Below, in pieces: positions 55,341 through 64,000 of a stretch of DNA of 64,000 nt. Numbering within the stretch: the stretch's first letter is position 1; each line of letters opens with the position of its first letter. Source of the stretch: Bacteriovoracia bacterium (lineage in GTDB: Bacteria > Bdellovibrionota > UBA1018 > CAIPTA01); NCBI GenBank assembly GCA_050246755.1, contig JBFWVL010000002.1, forward strand, positions 128,001-192,000. Reading direction: 5' to 3'. The notes beneath the pieces were generated by a model. The model was not told the origin of the DNA. It did not search any database and was given only the letters and a program-made list of their open reading frames with translations. Both the position numbers and the translations under genes were made by a program.

Positions 55341-55985
55341 ATGCGCGTCTTAGACCCCAATAATCCATTTCCATTCTGGGAAGAAAATTCTTACGCGGAA
55401 GAAAAGGAATATAGCGCCGCCGCCGACGCCTGGCTGGGCCTGCGCATTTCCGAAATCGAAGCGGCGCTCCCTCCTTCCCGGGAATTTGAGCAGAACTGGG
55501 CCAGTAAAGGCGCCGATATTTTTCTGACTCCCTATACCGAGCTGCGCAGGATCGCCGAAAGTCTTCCGCTCAAAGCCGGCGATACCGTGGTGGATTTAGG
55601 CGCGGGGTATGGCCGCCTGGGCTTCGTGCTGGAAAGGCATTTCCCCGGCATAAAATTCGTGGGCTACGAACTGGTGCCGGAACGTGTGCAGGAAGGAAAC
55701 CGGGTACTAAATGCCCACGGCTGCAAAAACGCGGAGCTGCTTGCTGCCGACCTCACGAAAATTATTCCCGTGGCCGCGCCCTTTTATTTTCTCTACGACT
55801 ACGGTACCCGCGGGGCGATCGAAAAAACGCTCGGTGACCTGCGCGGTATTTCCGCCAAGCAGGGCATTACGCTCGTGGGCCGTGGCCGGGCGGTACGCGA
55901 CGCGGTGGAAAAAAGGCATCCCTGGCTGGGAGAAGTGGTCGCGCCGGAGCACCACGCGCACTATTCCATTTATAGATCGAGCTGA
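55341..55985 (+). CDS. class I SAM-dependent methyltransferase
   Basis: TPY, VVDLGAGYGR, GYE motifs. Confidence 0.85.
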   Translation: MRVLDPNNPFPFWEENSYAEEKEYSAAADAWLGLRISEIEAALPPSREFEQNWASKGADIFLTPYTELRRIAESLPLKAGDTVVDLGAGYGRLGFVLERHFPGIKFVGYELVPERVQEGNRVLNAHGCKNAELLAADLTKIIPVAAPFYFLYDYGTRGAIEKTLGDLRGISAKQGITLVGRGRAVRDAVEKRHPWLGEVVAPEHHAHYSIYRSS

Positions 55986-56722
55986 GGAGAGGGCGCCGGA
56001 AAGGGGGGGAGATCCGCCATCTTCGGCAAGGGTTTCAGGCTCGCGATGATTTGCTCCAGGGGTACATAGGCTAGCCAATCGAGCACGGAGAGATCGGCCG
56101 AGCGCAGCGGATCGTCCGGACGCAGCGAGCGGAAGTGTTGCCAGCGCACGCGGATATCGGCCGCGCGGAAAGCGGCGAGATCGAGGTAGCGCGTGGCGCC
56201 TAGGCCGGAATAGTATTCGTCGGCGGAAAACTCGCGGCAGAGAGCGATCAAGCGCTCGCTCTTTACGCCGGATTCCGGAAAATCGCCGGCGCGGGCCGAA
56301 GGGGGATCGAGTTTCAAAAATTCGCTCACGGCGGTTACGCTGCCGGCGCAAAGATCAAACAGATACTTGCGCTCGTCCGCACGCTCGAAAAACGGGCGGA
56401 TCAAGGGCTCGAGCTGGTTCTTGAAGTGAGGCGCGGCGCCGTAGAGGGTGCGCAGCGTTTCCCAGTGGATCCGGGGCCAGTTGCGGCTATGGTCTATTTG
56501 AATGTCCCGAAATGGTTTCGTGCGGTGTCCATGCCCATGCACCGGCACGGTGAGCCAGTGGCGGCTTTCGGTATTTCCGGGAGAGGGAACGCGGGTGCGG
56601 TGCTGGCGGCCCTGGCGGATCCACTGCACGGTATCGAGGTAGATGAAAAGATCGGCGCTGGCGATTTGTTCAAAATATCCAAGCCAGGGAAAATAATTCG
56701 GTTGCTGACAAACCAAGCGCAT
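55970..56722 (-). CDS. WbqC family protein
   Basis: QPNYFPWLGYF, LDTVQ, WLTVPV, YGAAPHF, YYSG.GA..YLD, LSVLDWL. Confidence 0.9.
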   Translation of the reverse strand: MRLVCQQPNYFPWLGYFEQIASADLFIYLDTVQWIRQGRQHRTRVPSPGNTESRHWLTVPVHGHGHRTKPFRDIQIDHSRNWPRIHWETLRTLYGAAPHFKNQLEPLIRPFFERADERKYLFDLCAGSVTAVSEFLKLDPPSARAGDFPESGVKSERLIALCREFSADEYYSGLGATRYLDLAAFRAADIRVRWQHFRSLRPDDPLRSADLSVLDWLAYVPLEQIIASLKPLPKMADLPPFPAPSPQLDL

Positions 56723-56818
56723 GCCTCCAGGCTAGCACTACAATTTCGTCTCACCAATACGCTAATGGTTTGAATCGAGGAGATCTTTTGCTAAAACCTA
56801 AGTAAACGGGGTGACTCT

Positions 56819-57271
56819 ATGCGATTTCTTCTAGTGGCGATGACGGTATTTTTCTCGGTGCAGGCGTTTGCCGGCGGAGGCACGGGGGTGGGAGTGGTGC
56901 TCGGAAGCCCGAACGGGGTAACCGCGCGGCACTGGATCGATGATCAGCAGTCGATCGAGGGATCGGCCGGCTGGGCTATCACGAAATCCCGCTTTCAGCT
57001 GAATACCAACTACCTCTGGAATCAGCCCGGCATGGTTTTGATCGGCGACGAAAAAATCGACCTATTTTTCGGCCTAGGCCTCTCCCTACGCTCGAAATCC
57101 GGAACCGCGGATAACGAAGTGGTATTCGGTCCGCGCTTGCCCGTGGGCTTAGCCTACGAATTTGCGAACCCCGATATCGAGCTTTTCACGCAGGCCGCGG
57201 TGAACGTGGGACTGATTCCCAGCTCCGATATCTATTTCGACGCGAATATCGGAGTTCGTTTCTATTTCTGA
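56819..57271 (+). CDS. small outer-membrane beta-barrel protein
   Basis: Signal peptide, GVGVVLGSPNGVT, GPRLPVG, C-terminal GVRFYF. Confidence 0.8.
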   Translation: MRFLLVAMTVFFSVQAFAGGGTGVGVVLGSPNGVTARHWIDDQQSIEGSAGWAITKSRFQLNTNYLWNQPGMVLIGDEKIDLFFGLGLSLRSKSGTADNEVVFGPRLPVGLAYEFANPDIELFTQAAVNVGLIPSSDIYFDANIGVRFYF

Positions 57272-57711
57272 TCTCCGCCATCCGTGAGGAAATAACGGCG
57301 GGGGGCGCCCTCGAGCACGAGGCGGGATTTGCCTCCCTTATTGAATTCGATCGTCCATTCGGCGGGCAGACGGCATTTGGTTTTGGCCACGCTATCGCGC
57401 AGAAGCATGGTGATTCCCTCTTCCGAATCCGACTGAGCCGTATACACCGGGCCGCAGCGGGAACTCCGCGTTTGCTTTAGCTGGAAGTGCACTTCTCCTT
57501 TGGGGGTGAGTAGCATGTAGCCGGTCACGCCCACGCCATCCGTAAATTCCTGGAGCACGATCGCCCGGTCCACGGATTTAAAAACTCCGGTGGCCACGCT
57601 CGCATTTAAGTCGCCTTTGGCGTCCACGCGCACGCGTCCCGGCACGAAGTCGGCTTTGGCTACGAGAGTAGCCAATAAGAGAATCGGTAAGAGATAGAGT
57701 AGTTTCGTCAT
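57262..57711 (-). CDS. secreted hypothetical protein
   Basis: SD AAGGAGG before ATG 57711; signal peptide; Cys pair. Confidence 0.75.
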   Translation of the reverse strand: MTKLLYLLPILLLATLVAKADFVPGRVRVDAKGDLNASVATGVFKSVDRAIVLQEFTDGVGVTGYMLLTPKGEVHFQLKQTRSSRCGPVYTAQSDSEEGITMLLRDSVAKTKCRLPAEWTIEFNKGGKSRLVLEGAPRRYFLTDGGDQK

Positions 57712-57772
57712 GAGAGGCCTCCTTGCCAAAGATGAGTGAGCATCCCCGGTCTGATTGACAATGCCCTACAGT

Positions 57773-57789
57773 CGCAAGGCGTATGCCAT
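57773..57789 (-). promoter_or_regulatory. putative sigma54 promoter
   Basis: Minus strand ATGGCATACGCCTTGCG, close to the TGGCAC-N5-TTGC consensus. Confidence 0.65.
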
Positions 57790-57976
57790 GGGCGAAGTGT
57801 AGAAATTTTGCGAGAGCTTCCGTGTAACAATACGCCACGGGGCGAAATTCCCGAACTCACTGCGACGGTTCGTCAGGAATGGAGAGATTTGACTCAAAAA
57901 AATTGTACGCGGAGCAGTATTTGCGGGATTTTTTCTTTACGACCGTTTCGCTCCCAACATAGAATTTTTTGGGGGT

Positions 57977-58423
57977 TTGATGAGGGTTATTCTCTGGGTG
58001 AGTTGCCTAGCCTTGGTGGGCTGCGCGACAAATCGCCCGAAAGAAAATTCTGATTGCACGCGTCGCGTGGCATTCCAAAAAGGCGTGAATGACGCCACCA
58101 TCGGACGCACGCGCGAAGTAGCCAAAGCTTGCCGGGCGGAAGTTCGCGCCGGCCTTTTGCAATCCTATCATGAAGGATTTGAATCCGTGCGCTCGCGGCG
58201 CTTAGGGCAGGGCCGCGGCCCTACGGGACGCATTCGCGTGGTGAGTTCATTGCCTTCGGCGCTCAATAATCCTACCTGGGTTTGCGAGGTGGAGGCAGCC
58301 GAGAAAATTTTCACGGGAGTAGGCACCAGCCAGGAAGAGGCGTCTACCGCCGCGCACTCCACGTGCAGCTCCCATTTACAGGCATCCTACTGCCGCAAAA
58401 CCGAGTGTAAAGAAAATCTCTAG
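57977..58423 (+). CDS. Cys-rich putative lipoprotein
   Basis: Lipobox LVGC; AFQKGVNDA...SYHEGF; C-terminal Cys cluster. Confidence 0.72.
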   Translation: MMRVILWVSCLALVGCATNRPKENSDCTRRVAFQKGVNDATIGRTREVAKACRAEVRAGLLQSYHEGFESVRSRRLGQGRGPTGRIRVVSSLPSALNNPTWVCEVEAAEKIFTGVGTSQEEASTAAHSTCSSHLQASYCRKTECKENL

Positions 58424-59169
58424 AGAGCGTCGGCGAGCAAGGTGCCGCGGGCATTGCGCATCAGCGTGGGCTGTTTGGCGAATCGCGAAGAATCGTTCTG
58501 GCGCAGCTTCGCGGTGCGGGTTTGGATATTGCGCACGTAGTGTTCTACCGCACCGAGCTCGTAGTTTCCGCTTTTGAGGCGGCTGCGCAAGGCGGTGGGA
58601 CCCATATTATAAGCGGCCAAGTAGTGCAGCGAGTTGCCGAAGCGGCCACGCAAGTAGGAGAGGTAGGCGGCGCCGAGGCGCAGGTTCACCGCAGGGTCGT
58701 AGAGGTCTTCTTCCGAGCGGTACGATTTAATGTGATACATCTGGGCCACTTCTTTGGCCGTATCGGGCAAGAGCTGCATGAGGCCCACGGCGCCTTTTTT
58801 CGAAACCACGCTATAGCGGTAGCTGGATTCCGTCTCGATTACCGAGAGGATGAGGCCGGGAGAAAGCATATGGCGCTCGCTCAGCTGGAGCAGTAATTTG
58901 GCGAGCTTATACGAGTCTTTTTTGTGCTCGGCGGGCAAGCGCGTGGAAAGGTGCAGCGCAACCTCGGACAGGTTTAGGTCCTGGTAGCTGTCTTCCATGG
59001 GGCGTAAATCGGTGGTGGAGGCAGAATCCATCAAAGGCAACGAGGCCGAGATGAAAAGAATGCCGGCTAGCATAAGCGTAGGAACACGAAGGTGCTCGCG
59101 GATTTCGTTCTCCGCATTGATCCCCTGAAGGGTGAAGTAAGCAGATACGTTATATAGAGCCTGTTGCAT
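58420..59169 (-). CDS. lytic transglycosylase (SLT domain)
   Basis: IETESSY, SKKGAVGLMQL, NLRLGAAYL, AAYNMG; N-terminal TM; SD GGAAAGG. Confidence 0.92.
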   Translation of the reverse strand: MQQALYNVSAYFTLQGINAENEIREHLRVPTLMLAGILFISASLPLMDSASTTDLRPMEDSYQDLNLSEVALHLSTRLPAEHKKDSYKLAKLLLQLSERHMLSPGLILSVIETESSYRYSVVSKKGAVGLMQLLPDTAKEVAQMYHIKSYRSEEDLYDPAVNLRLGAAYLSYLRGRFGNSLHYLAAYNMGPTALRSRLKSGNYELGAVEHYVRNIQTRTAKLRQNDSSRFAKQPTLMRNARGTLLADAL

Positions 59170-59215
59170 AAAAAGCGTCCTTTCCTAAATCGCCGTCCTG
59201 GCTTGTGACTATAGT

Positions 59216-59232
59216 CGCAGGAAGGGTGCCAA
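59216..59232 (-). promoter_or_regulatory. putative sigma54 promoter
   Basis: Minus strand TTGGCACCCTTCCTGCG, 46 nt upstream of the SLT start. Confidence 0.65.
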
Positions 59233-59394
59233 GACCGATTGCGTAGGTGCCTGAGATACCGAGGGATTTTACCGTCTCCGCGCGGAGACAGGGATTGGCA
59301 TAAGGCCGGTTCCTATACGACTGCCTAATCCTTGGACAGGGGGGTTTTATCGGTTTTGAGCTCCAGATCCATGGGGTTTAGACGATGAATAGGT

Positions 59395-59796
59395 ATGTGG
59401 TTTCTTTTCCTAGTTACGGTTTTTGCGCACGCCGAGGGGGTTCTGCCTCCCGGGAAAGTGGCCGTGGTGGAGCCGATCCGCGGTTTGATCGTGACTTGTA
59501 ATAAGAAGTACCTGCCGAAGGTTTCTGAGCTGGCCACGTTTCAACCTCCCTCTGAGCAGGTGAGCGGAGTGCTGATCGGCGCTATTTCCGAGGCACGCGA
59601 ATTGGTGAAGCCGGAGGATTACCACGGCGGTGGATTCATCGAGGCGGATGGGAAGCATGCGTGCGCTTCGGTTTCGAAGCCCCGGTATCTAGCTACGGTT
59701 TGGAATCCGGCGAAAACGAAAATTTGGTGCGCGGTGTATGACGGATATTTTCTCGGCCCCGAGGAGTGCGTGGTGGAGGAGAGGCAAGATAAATAA
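59395..59796 (+). CDS. secreted hypothetical protein
   Basis: Signal peptide ending AHA; four Cys. Confidence 0.65.
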   Translation: MWFLFLVTVFAHAEGVLPPGKVAVVEPIRGLIVTCNKKYLPKVSELATFQPPSEQVSGVLIGAISEARELVKPEDYHGGGFIEADGKHACASVSKPRYLATVWNPAKTKIWCAVYDGYFLGPEECVVEERQDK

Positions 59797-59834
59797 ATTT
59801 TGATTTATATTTTTTGTTTGCGTTCGCAATGTAT

Positions 59835-60578
59835 CTATTTATCTACCCGCACCACGACCACGGTCACGTTATCATCGCCGCCATTTTCGCAGGCCGTTTC
59901 GAGCAGCTTGTTCACCAGGGGGTTGAGGTCGTCGGTATTCCAGCCGAGCTCGTCGATGATCTTGAGCATCTCGCCATCTTCCACCATGCCGGAAAGACCG
60001 TCGGAGCAGGCGAAGTAGAGTTCGCCGGGGCTTAGTTCTTTCTGGTACACGTCCACCAACACGGAGCTCTCAAAGCCCACCGAGCGGGTGATCACATTCC
60101 GCGATTTATCGCGCTTCATCTGCTCGCGCGTGATGATTCCGGCCTTCAGCTTTTCGTTCACCAGGCTATGGTCCTTGGTCATCTGCCAGATCTGTCCGGG
60201 CCTGGCCATATACACGCGGCTATCACCCACGTGGCCGATGAAAATTTTGTCGGCGGTGAGGTACATCGTGACCACGGTGGTGCCCATGCCGGTGAGGGCC
60301 TTGTCTTTTTCGGCGGTGCTGAACACGGCGGTATTCGCGCGATGCACGGCGCCCATCACCATGTCTTCGGGGGCGGAGTTCAGCTTCGAGGCCTTGTCGG
60401 TGAGAATGGACTGGATCACGGTTTCCACGGTGAGCTTGGAGGCAGTTTCCCCACCGGCGTGACCACCCATGCCGTCGGCCACCACGAATAGGCGGCTTTT
60501 GGGTTCCATTAGGAAGGAATCCTGGTTCACCTTGCGCTTGCGGCCGATATGCGTATTTCCCGCGGATACAATCTTCAT
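59835..60578 (-). CDS. PP2C-type Ser/Thr phosphatase (Stp1/PrpC-like)
   Basis: GRKRKVNQD, VADGMGGH, GMGTT, HVGDSR, CSDGL, GGDDNVT. Confidence 0.95.
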   Translation of the reverse strand: MKIVSAGNTHIGRKRKVNQDSFLMEPKSRLFVVADGMGGHAGGETASKLTVETVIQSILTDKASKLNSAPEDMVMGAVHRANTAVFSTAEKDKALTGMGTTVVTMYLTADKIFIGHVGDSRVYMARPGQIWQMTKDHSLVNEKLKAGIITREQMKRDKSRNVITRSVGFESSVLVDVYQKELSPGELYFACSDGLSGMVEDGEMLKIIDELGWNTDDLNPLVNKLLETACENGGDDNVTVVVVRVDK

Positions 60579-60825
60579 GGATCTTACTAGGTTAAACACC
60601 CGTGGCAGGGAAGTCTAGTTTGGGAAATTTACACGGAAGGAAGCCTCACTCGAGGCGCTTCAAGTAACAAAATCTATTTACCCGCGCCCGCTCTCGCGAA
60701 GCGCCTAGGCGCAGAGCCCCAGGCCCAATCACCAGGTAAATGCCTAAAAAATCCTTACCGCAACACCCGTTAAACCCCTCAAAACCATTAGGTTTTGTCG
60801 GATATCAAAAGCCCTTCCTAAACCT

Positions 60826-60854
60826 TTGACATCATTCGTGACGCAGCAGATAAT
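60826..60854 (+). promoter_or_regulatory. sigma70-type promoter of prkA
   Basis: TTGACA-N17-GATAAT. Confidence 0.65.
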
Positions 60855-60901
60855 TAGCTTATAGGGACCTCACCCTATGCACCACGGAGAAGGGGCATTC
60901 A

Positions 60902-62971
60902 ATGAGCGAAACCAACAATAAAGACTTACTGAAATTTGTGTCCGGGTTACATAGCCCGAAGTCGTTCCAGGAACTTCACTGGGAAGGAAGCTTTTCCCAA
61001 TACTTGGATCTCGTAAAAGAGAATCCTAACGTAACGAGAAACGCGTTCCAGAGAATGTACGACATGATCTCGGGCTACGGCACGAGTCAGTTCAACGAGT
61101 ACAAAAAAGAAGTTACCCACTATAAATTTTTCGAAGATCCCATCGAGAATGGCAAAGACGCCGTGTTCGGCCTCGACGTGCACATGATGAAGCTCGTGAA
61201 CTTTCTCCGTTCCGCCTCCCTGGGCTACGGAACCGAGAAACGCGTTCTTCTCCTGCACGGACCCGTTGGCTCGGCTAAATCCACGATCGCCCGCCTCCTG
61301 AAAAAGGGCATCGAGCGCTATTCCTATACTCCGGAAGGAGCCCTCTATACCTTTAAGTTCGTCGACGATCCTAAGTTCGGCCTCGTGGGCCAGACCGGGG
61401 AGATGAAGTCTCCGATGAACGAAGAGCCGCTCTTGCTCATCCCCGAAGACAGCCGCAAGGCCTTCGAAGAGGAGATGAATAAGACGGGCAAGGGCACCTA
61501 CAAAATGAAGATCAAGGGAGAGCTTTCTCCTCCCATGCGCATGATTTTCCGCGAACTCATGGCGCGCTATAAGGGCGACTTCACCAAGGTGATGGATCAC
61601 GTGAAAGTGATGCGCTTCACCCTCAGCGAAAAAGACCGGATCGGGATCGGAACCTTCCAGCCCAAAGACGAGAAGAACCAGGATTCCACCGAGCTCACCG
61701 GCGATATCAATTACCGCAAGATCGCGGAATTTGGTTCCGACTCGGATCCTCGCGCATTCAACTTCGACGGGGAATTCCAGGTGGCGAACCGCGGCGTGAT
61801 CGAGTTCGTGGAAGTACTGAAGCTCGACGTGGCCTTCCTCTACGATCTCCTCGGCGCGAGCCAGGAGCACGTGGTGAAGCCCAAGAAATTCGCCCAGACT
61901 TCGATCGACGAAGTGATTATTGGCCATACCAATGAGCCCGAGTTCCGTAAATTGCAGAACAACGAGTTCATGGAAGCTTTGCGCGACCGAACCGTGAAGA
62001 TCGACGTGCCGTATATCACCAAGCTCCACGAAGAGGAGCGGATCTACGCCAAGGACTTCGGTAAAGGCAAAGTGCAGGGCGTTTTCATCGCTCCGCATAC
62101 GATCGAGATGGCTGCCATGTGGGCGATTCTTACCCGCCTCGAAGCACCCAAGAAAAACGATCTCTCGCTCATCCAGAAGATGAAGCTCTACAATGGGAAA
62201 ACCCTCTCGGGCTATACCGAAGATAACGTGAAGGAGCTTCGCAAGGAAGCCGTGCGCGAAGGCCTCGACGGGATATCTCCCCGTTATATCCAGGACAAGA
62301 TCTCCAATACGCTCGTGAAGTACGGGCACCTCGGCTGCGTGAATCCCTTTATGCTCTTCAACGAGCTCGAGTCCGGATTGCGCCACCATACGCTGATCTC
62401 GAACGAAGAGCGCCGCCGCGAGTATAAAGAGCATCTCTCGGCCGTGAAGCAGGAATACGAGGATATCATCAAGAACGAAGTGCAGCGCGCGATCTCCGCC
62501 GACGAATCGGCCATCGGCAACCTCTGCGCGAACTATATCGATAATATCAAGGCCTATACGCAGAAAGAAAAAGTGCGTAACCGCTATACCGGCCAGCTCG
62601 AGCAGCCCGATGAGCGCCTCATGCGCTCGATCGAGGAGAAGATCGATATCCCGGATTCGCGGAAAGACGATTTCCGCCGCGAGATCATGAACTATATCGG
62701 CGCGCTGGCCGTGGAAGGAAAAACCTTCGACTACCGCACGAACGAAAGGCTCCACCGCGCCCTTGAACTGAAGCTGTTCGAAGATCAGAAGGACTCGATC
62801 AAGCTCTCAAGCCTGGTTTCGAACGTGGTGGACAAAGCGATGCAGGAAAAAATCGACGTGGTAAAGACGCGCCTGATCCGCGATTTCGGCTACGACGAGA
62901 TTTCCGCCACCGATATCCTCAATTACGTGGCCTCGATCTTTGCGCGCGGAGACGCGAAAGAGCGCGGCTAA
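60902..62971 (+). CDS. prkA: PrkA/YeaG family AAA+ serine kinase
   Basis: [56 protein letters not shown]. Confidence 0.95.
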   Translation: MSETNNKDLLKFVSGLHSPKSFQELHWEGSFSQYLDLVKENPNVTRNAFQRMYDMISGYGTSQFNEYKKEVTHYKFFEDPIENGKDAVFGLDVHMMKLVNFLRSASLGYGTEKRVLLLHGPVGSAKSTIARLLKKGIERYSYTPEGALYTFKFVDDPKFGLVGQTGEMKSPMNEEPLLLIPEDSRKAFEEEMNKTGKGTYKMKIKGELSPPMRMIFRELMARYKGDFTKVMDHVKVMRFTLSEKDRIGIGTFQPKDEKNQDSTELTGDINYRKIAEFGSDSDPRAFNFDGEFQVANRGVIEFVEVLKLDVAFLYDLLGASQEHVVKPKKFAQTSIDEVIIGHTNEPEFRKLQNNEFMEALRDRTVKIDVPYITKLHEEERIYAKDFGKGKVQGVFIAPHTIEMAAMWAILTRLEAPKKNDLSLIQKMKLYNGKTLSGYTEDNVKELRKEAVREGLDGISPRYIQDKISNTLVKYGHLGCVNPFMLFNELESGLRHHTLISNEERRREYKEHLSAVKQEYEDIIKNEVQRAISADESAIGNLCANYIDNIKAYTQKEKVRNRYTGQLEQPDERLMRSIEEKIDIPDSRKDDFRREIMNYIGALAVEGKTFDYRTNERLHRALELKLFEDQKDSIKLSSLVSNVVDKAMQEKIDVVKTRLIRDFGYDEISATDILNYVASIFARGDAKERG

Positions 62972-62985
62972 TCAAGGAGGCAACG

Positions 62986-63396
62986 ATGAACAAGACGATC
63001 CTCCTAGCATTGGCGATTCTTCCTTTTTCGGCCCGCGCCGAAATTGCCGAGCGCTGGCTGCCAACCGGTGAAGAAAAGCCCTCGGTGATTGAGCATGTGT
63101 ATCGTTCTCCCTGGGGAGACCTCGAGTTCCTCAAGCGCGGGGATTCCCATTCGGTACTGCTGCGCAACGTGAAGGGCGCGCTCACCGAGATGACCCATAT
63201 CAAGGGCCCCATCGCCTGCGACGAATGGTTCATCTCGGAAAAAAGCGAGAGCCTGCCACGCGGCTGCGAGTTTCAATTCTATAGCCAGGAAGACGGCACT
63301 TTTCTCAATGTTCGGTCGGAAGAGATGGAGGAGTCGAATTTGTTTCAAGCCGTAAGCGGAAGTGTTCGCGAACGGGGGAAGCATGTCGCTCTTTAA
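62986..63396 (+). CDS. secreted hypothetical protein inserted in the prkA operon
   Basis: SD AAGGAGG, signal peptide ending ARA, Cys pair. Confidence 0.7.
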   Translation: MNKTILLALAILPFSARAEIAERWLPTGEEKPSVIEHVYRSPWGDLEFLKRGDSHSVLLRNVKGALTEMTHIKGPIACDEWFISEKSESLPRGCEFQFYSQEDGTFLNVRSEEMEESNLFQAVSGSVRERGKHVAL

Positions 63397-64000
63397 TATC
63401 CAGCGAGACCACGCCCGGTTCAAGAACATCATCAAGGGCAAGATCAAGCAAAACCTCAAGAAGTATATTTCCAATGGCGACATGATCGTGCGCAAGGGGA
63501 AGGACACCGTTTCCATCCCTATGCCCCAAATCGAGATCCCCCGCTTTAAGTTCGGCACCAACGAAGGCGGCGTGGGCCAGGGCGATGGGAAAGTGGGCGA
63601 TGAAGTGGGCCAGAACGGCCAGCCCAAAGAGGGCGACGGCGGCGGCCAGGCCGGAGACAACGAAGGCAATCATTCCCTAGAGGTAGATCTCACTTTGGCG
63701 GAGCTCGCCGAGATCCTCGCCGACGAATTAGAATTGCCGCGTATTGAGCCCAAGGGCAAAGAGATTCTGGAAAAGAACAAAGACCGCTATACCGGCATCG
63801 CCCACCAGGGGCCTAATTCCCTGCGTAACTTCAAGCGTTCCTTTACGGAAGCCCTAAAAAGGCAGATCGCCTCGGGGACTTATAACCCCGAAGATCCCAT
63901 GATCGTGCCGATCCGTCGCGACATGCGCTACCGTTCTTGGAAAACTACCCAGGAGTTCGACGCCAACGCCGTGATCATCTACATGATGGACGTGTCTGGC
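63383..64000 (+). CDS. yeaH: YeaH/YhbH (DUF444) family protein, 3'-truncated by window edge
   Basis: Manually translated [29 protein letters not shown]...IPRFKFG...[11 protein letters not shown]...YMMDVSG; canonical partner of prkA; absent from the ORF track because it has no stop in the window. Confidence 0.9.
   Translation, partial: MSLFNIQRDHARFKNIIKGKIKQNLKKYISNGDMIVRKGKDTVSIPMPQIEIPRFKFGTNEGGVGQGDGKVGDEVGQNGQPKEGDGGGQAGDNEGNHSLEVDLTLAELAEILADELELPRIEPKGKEILEKNKDRYTGIAHQGPNSLRNFKRSFTEALKRQIASGTYNPEDPMIVPIRRDMRYRSWKTTQEFDANAVIIYMMDVSG

Noticed and set aside
11378-60848. Shared 10-mer TGACGCAGCA in the top6 terminator and the prkA promoter spacer
   Set aside because: Two occurrences of a 10-mer in different contexts can arise by chance; no repeat family is evident.
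60947-62755. 602-aa ORF antisense to prkA
   Set aside because: Shadow frame produced by codon bias in a conserved gene; no motifs and no credible translation start signal.
1-64000. CRISPR arrays, tRNA/rRNA genes, IS elements, prophage
   Set aside because: No spaced direct repeats, cloverleaf signatures, transposase, integrase or phage ORFs were seen by eye. Short RNAs cannot be excluded without tRNAscan-SE or Infernal.

Overview
Gene-dense bacterial chromosomal window of moderately high GC with about 66 CDS. I found no rRNA, tRNA, CRISPR array, transposase, integrase or phage gene. The gene content (bacterial topoisomerase VI pair, eukaryote-type citrate synthase, PrkA/YeaH, many small secreted hypotheticals) suggests Bdellovibrionota or a related deltaproteobacterial lineage; this is inference. 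The most notable locus is a candidate biosynthetic cluster at about 14.2-29.2 kb. It combines a GH3-family acyl-amido synthetase, two KAS III enzymes, an adenylate-forming ligase, an ACP, an SDR, a carboxyltransferase and a membrane-bound hexapeptide acyltransferase with MFS, LolCDE-like ABC, LolA-like and outer-membrane export genes. Also notable is a translationally coupled nucleotidyltransferase-BON fusion plus metallophosphoesterase pair, a possible writer/eraser system. Window-wide DNA patterns include about 11 genes with a -10 hexamer 6-7 nt before the start codon (leaderless signature), several sigma54-type promoters, near-zero-gap divergent promoters, and many convergent genes whose stop codons overlap. 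All product calls come from motif recognition by eye; no database search was run.
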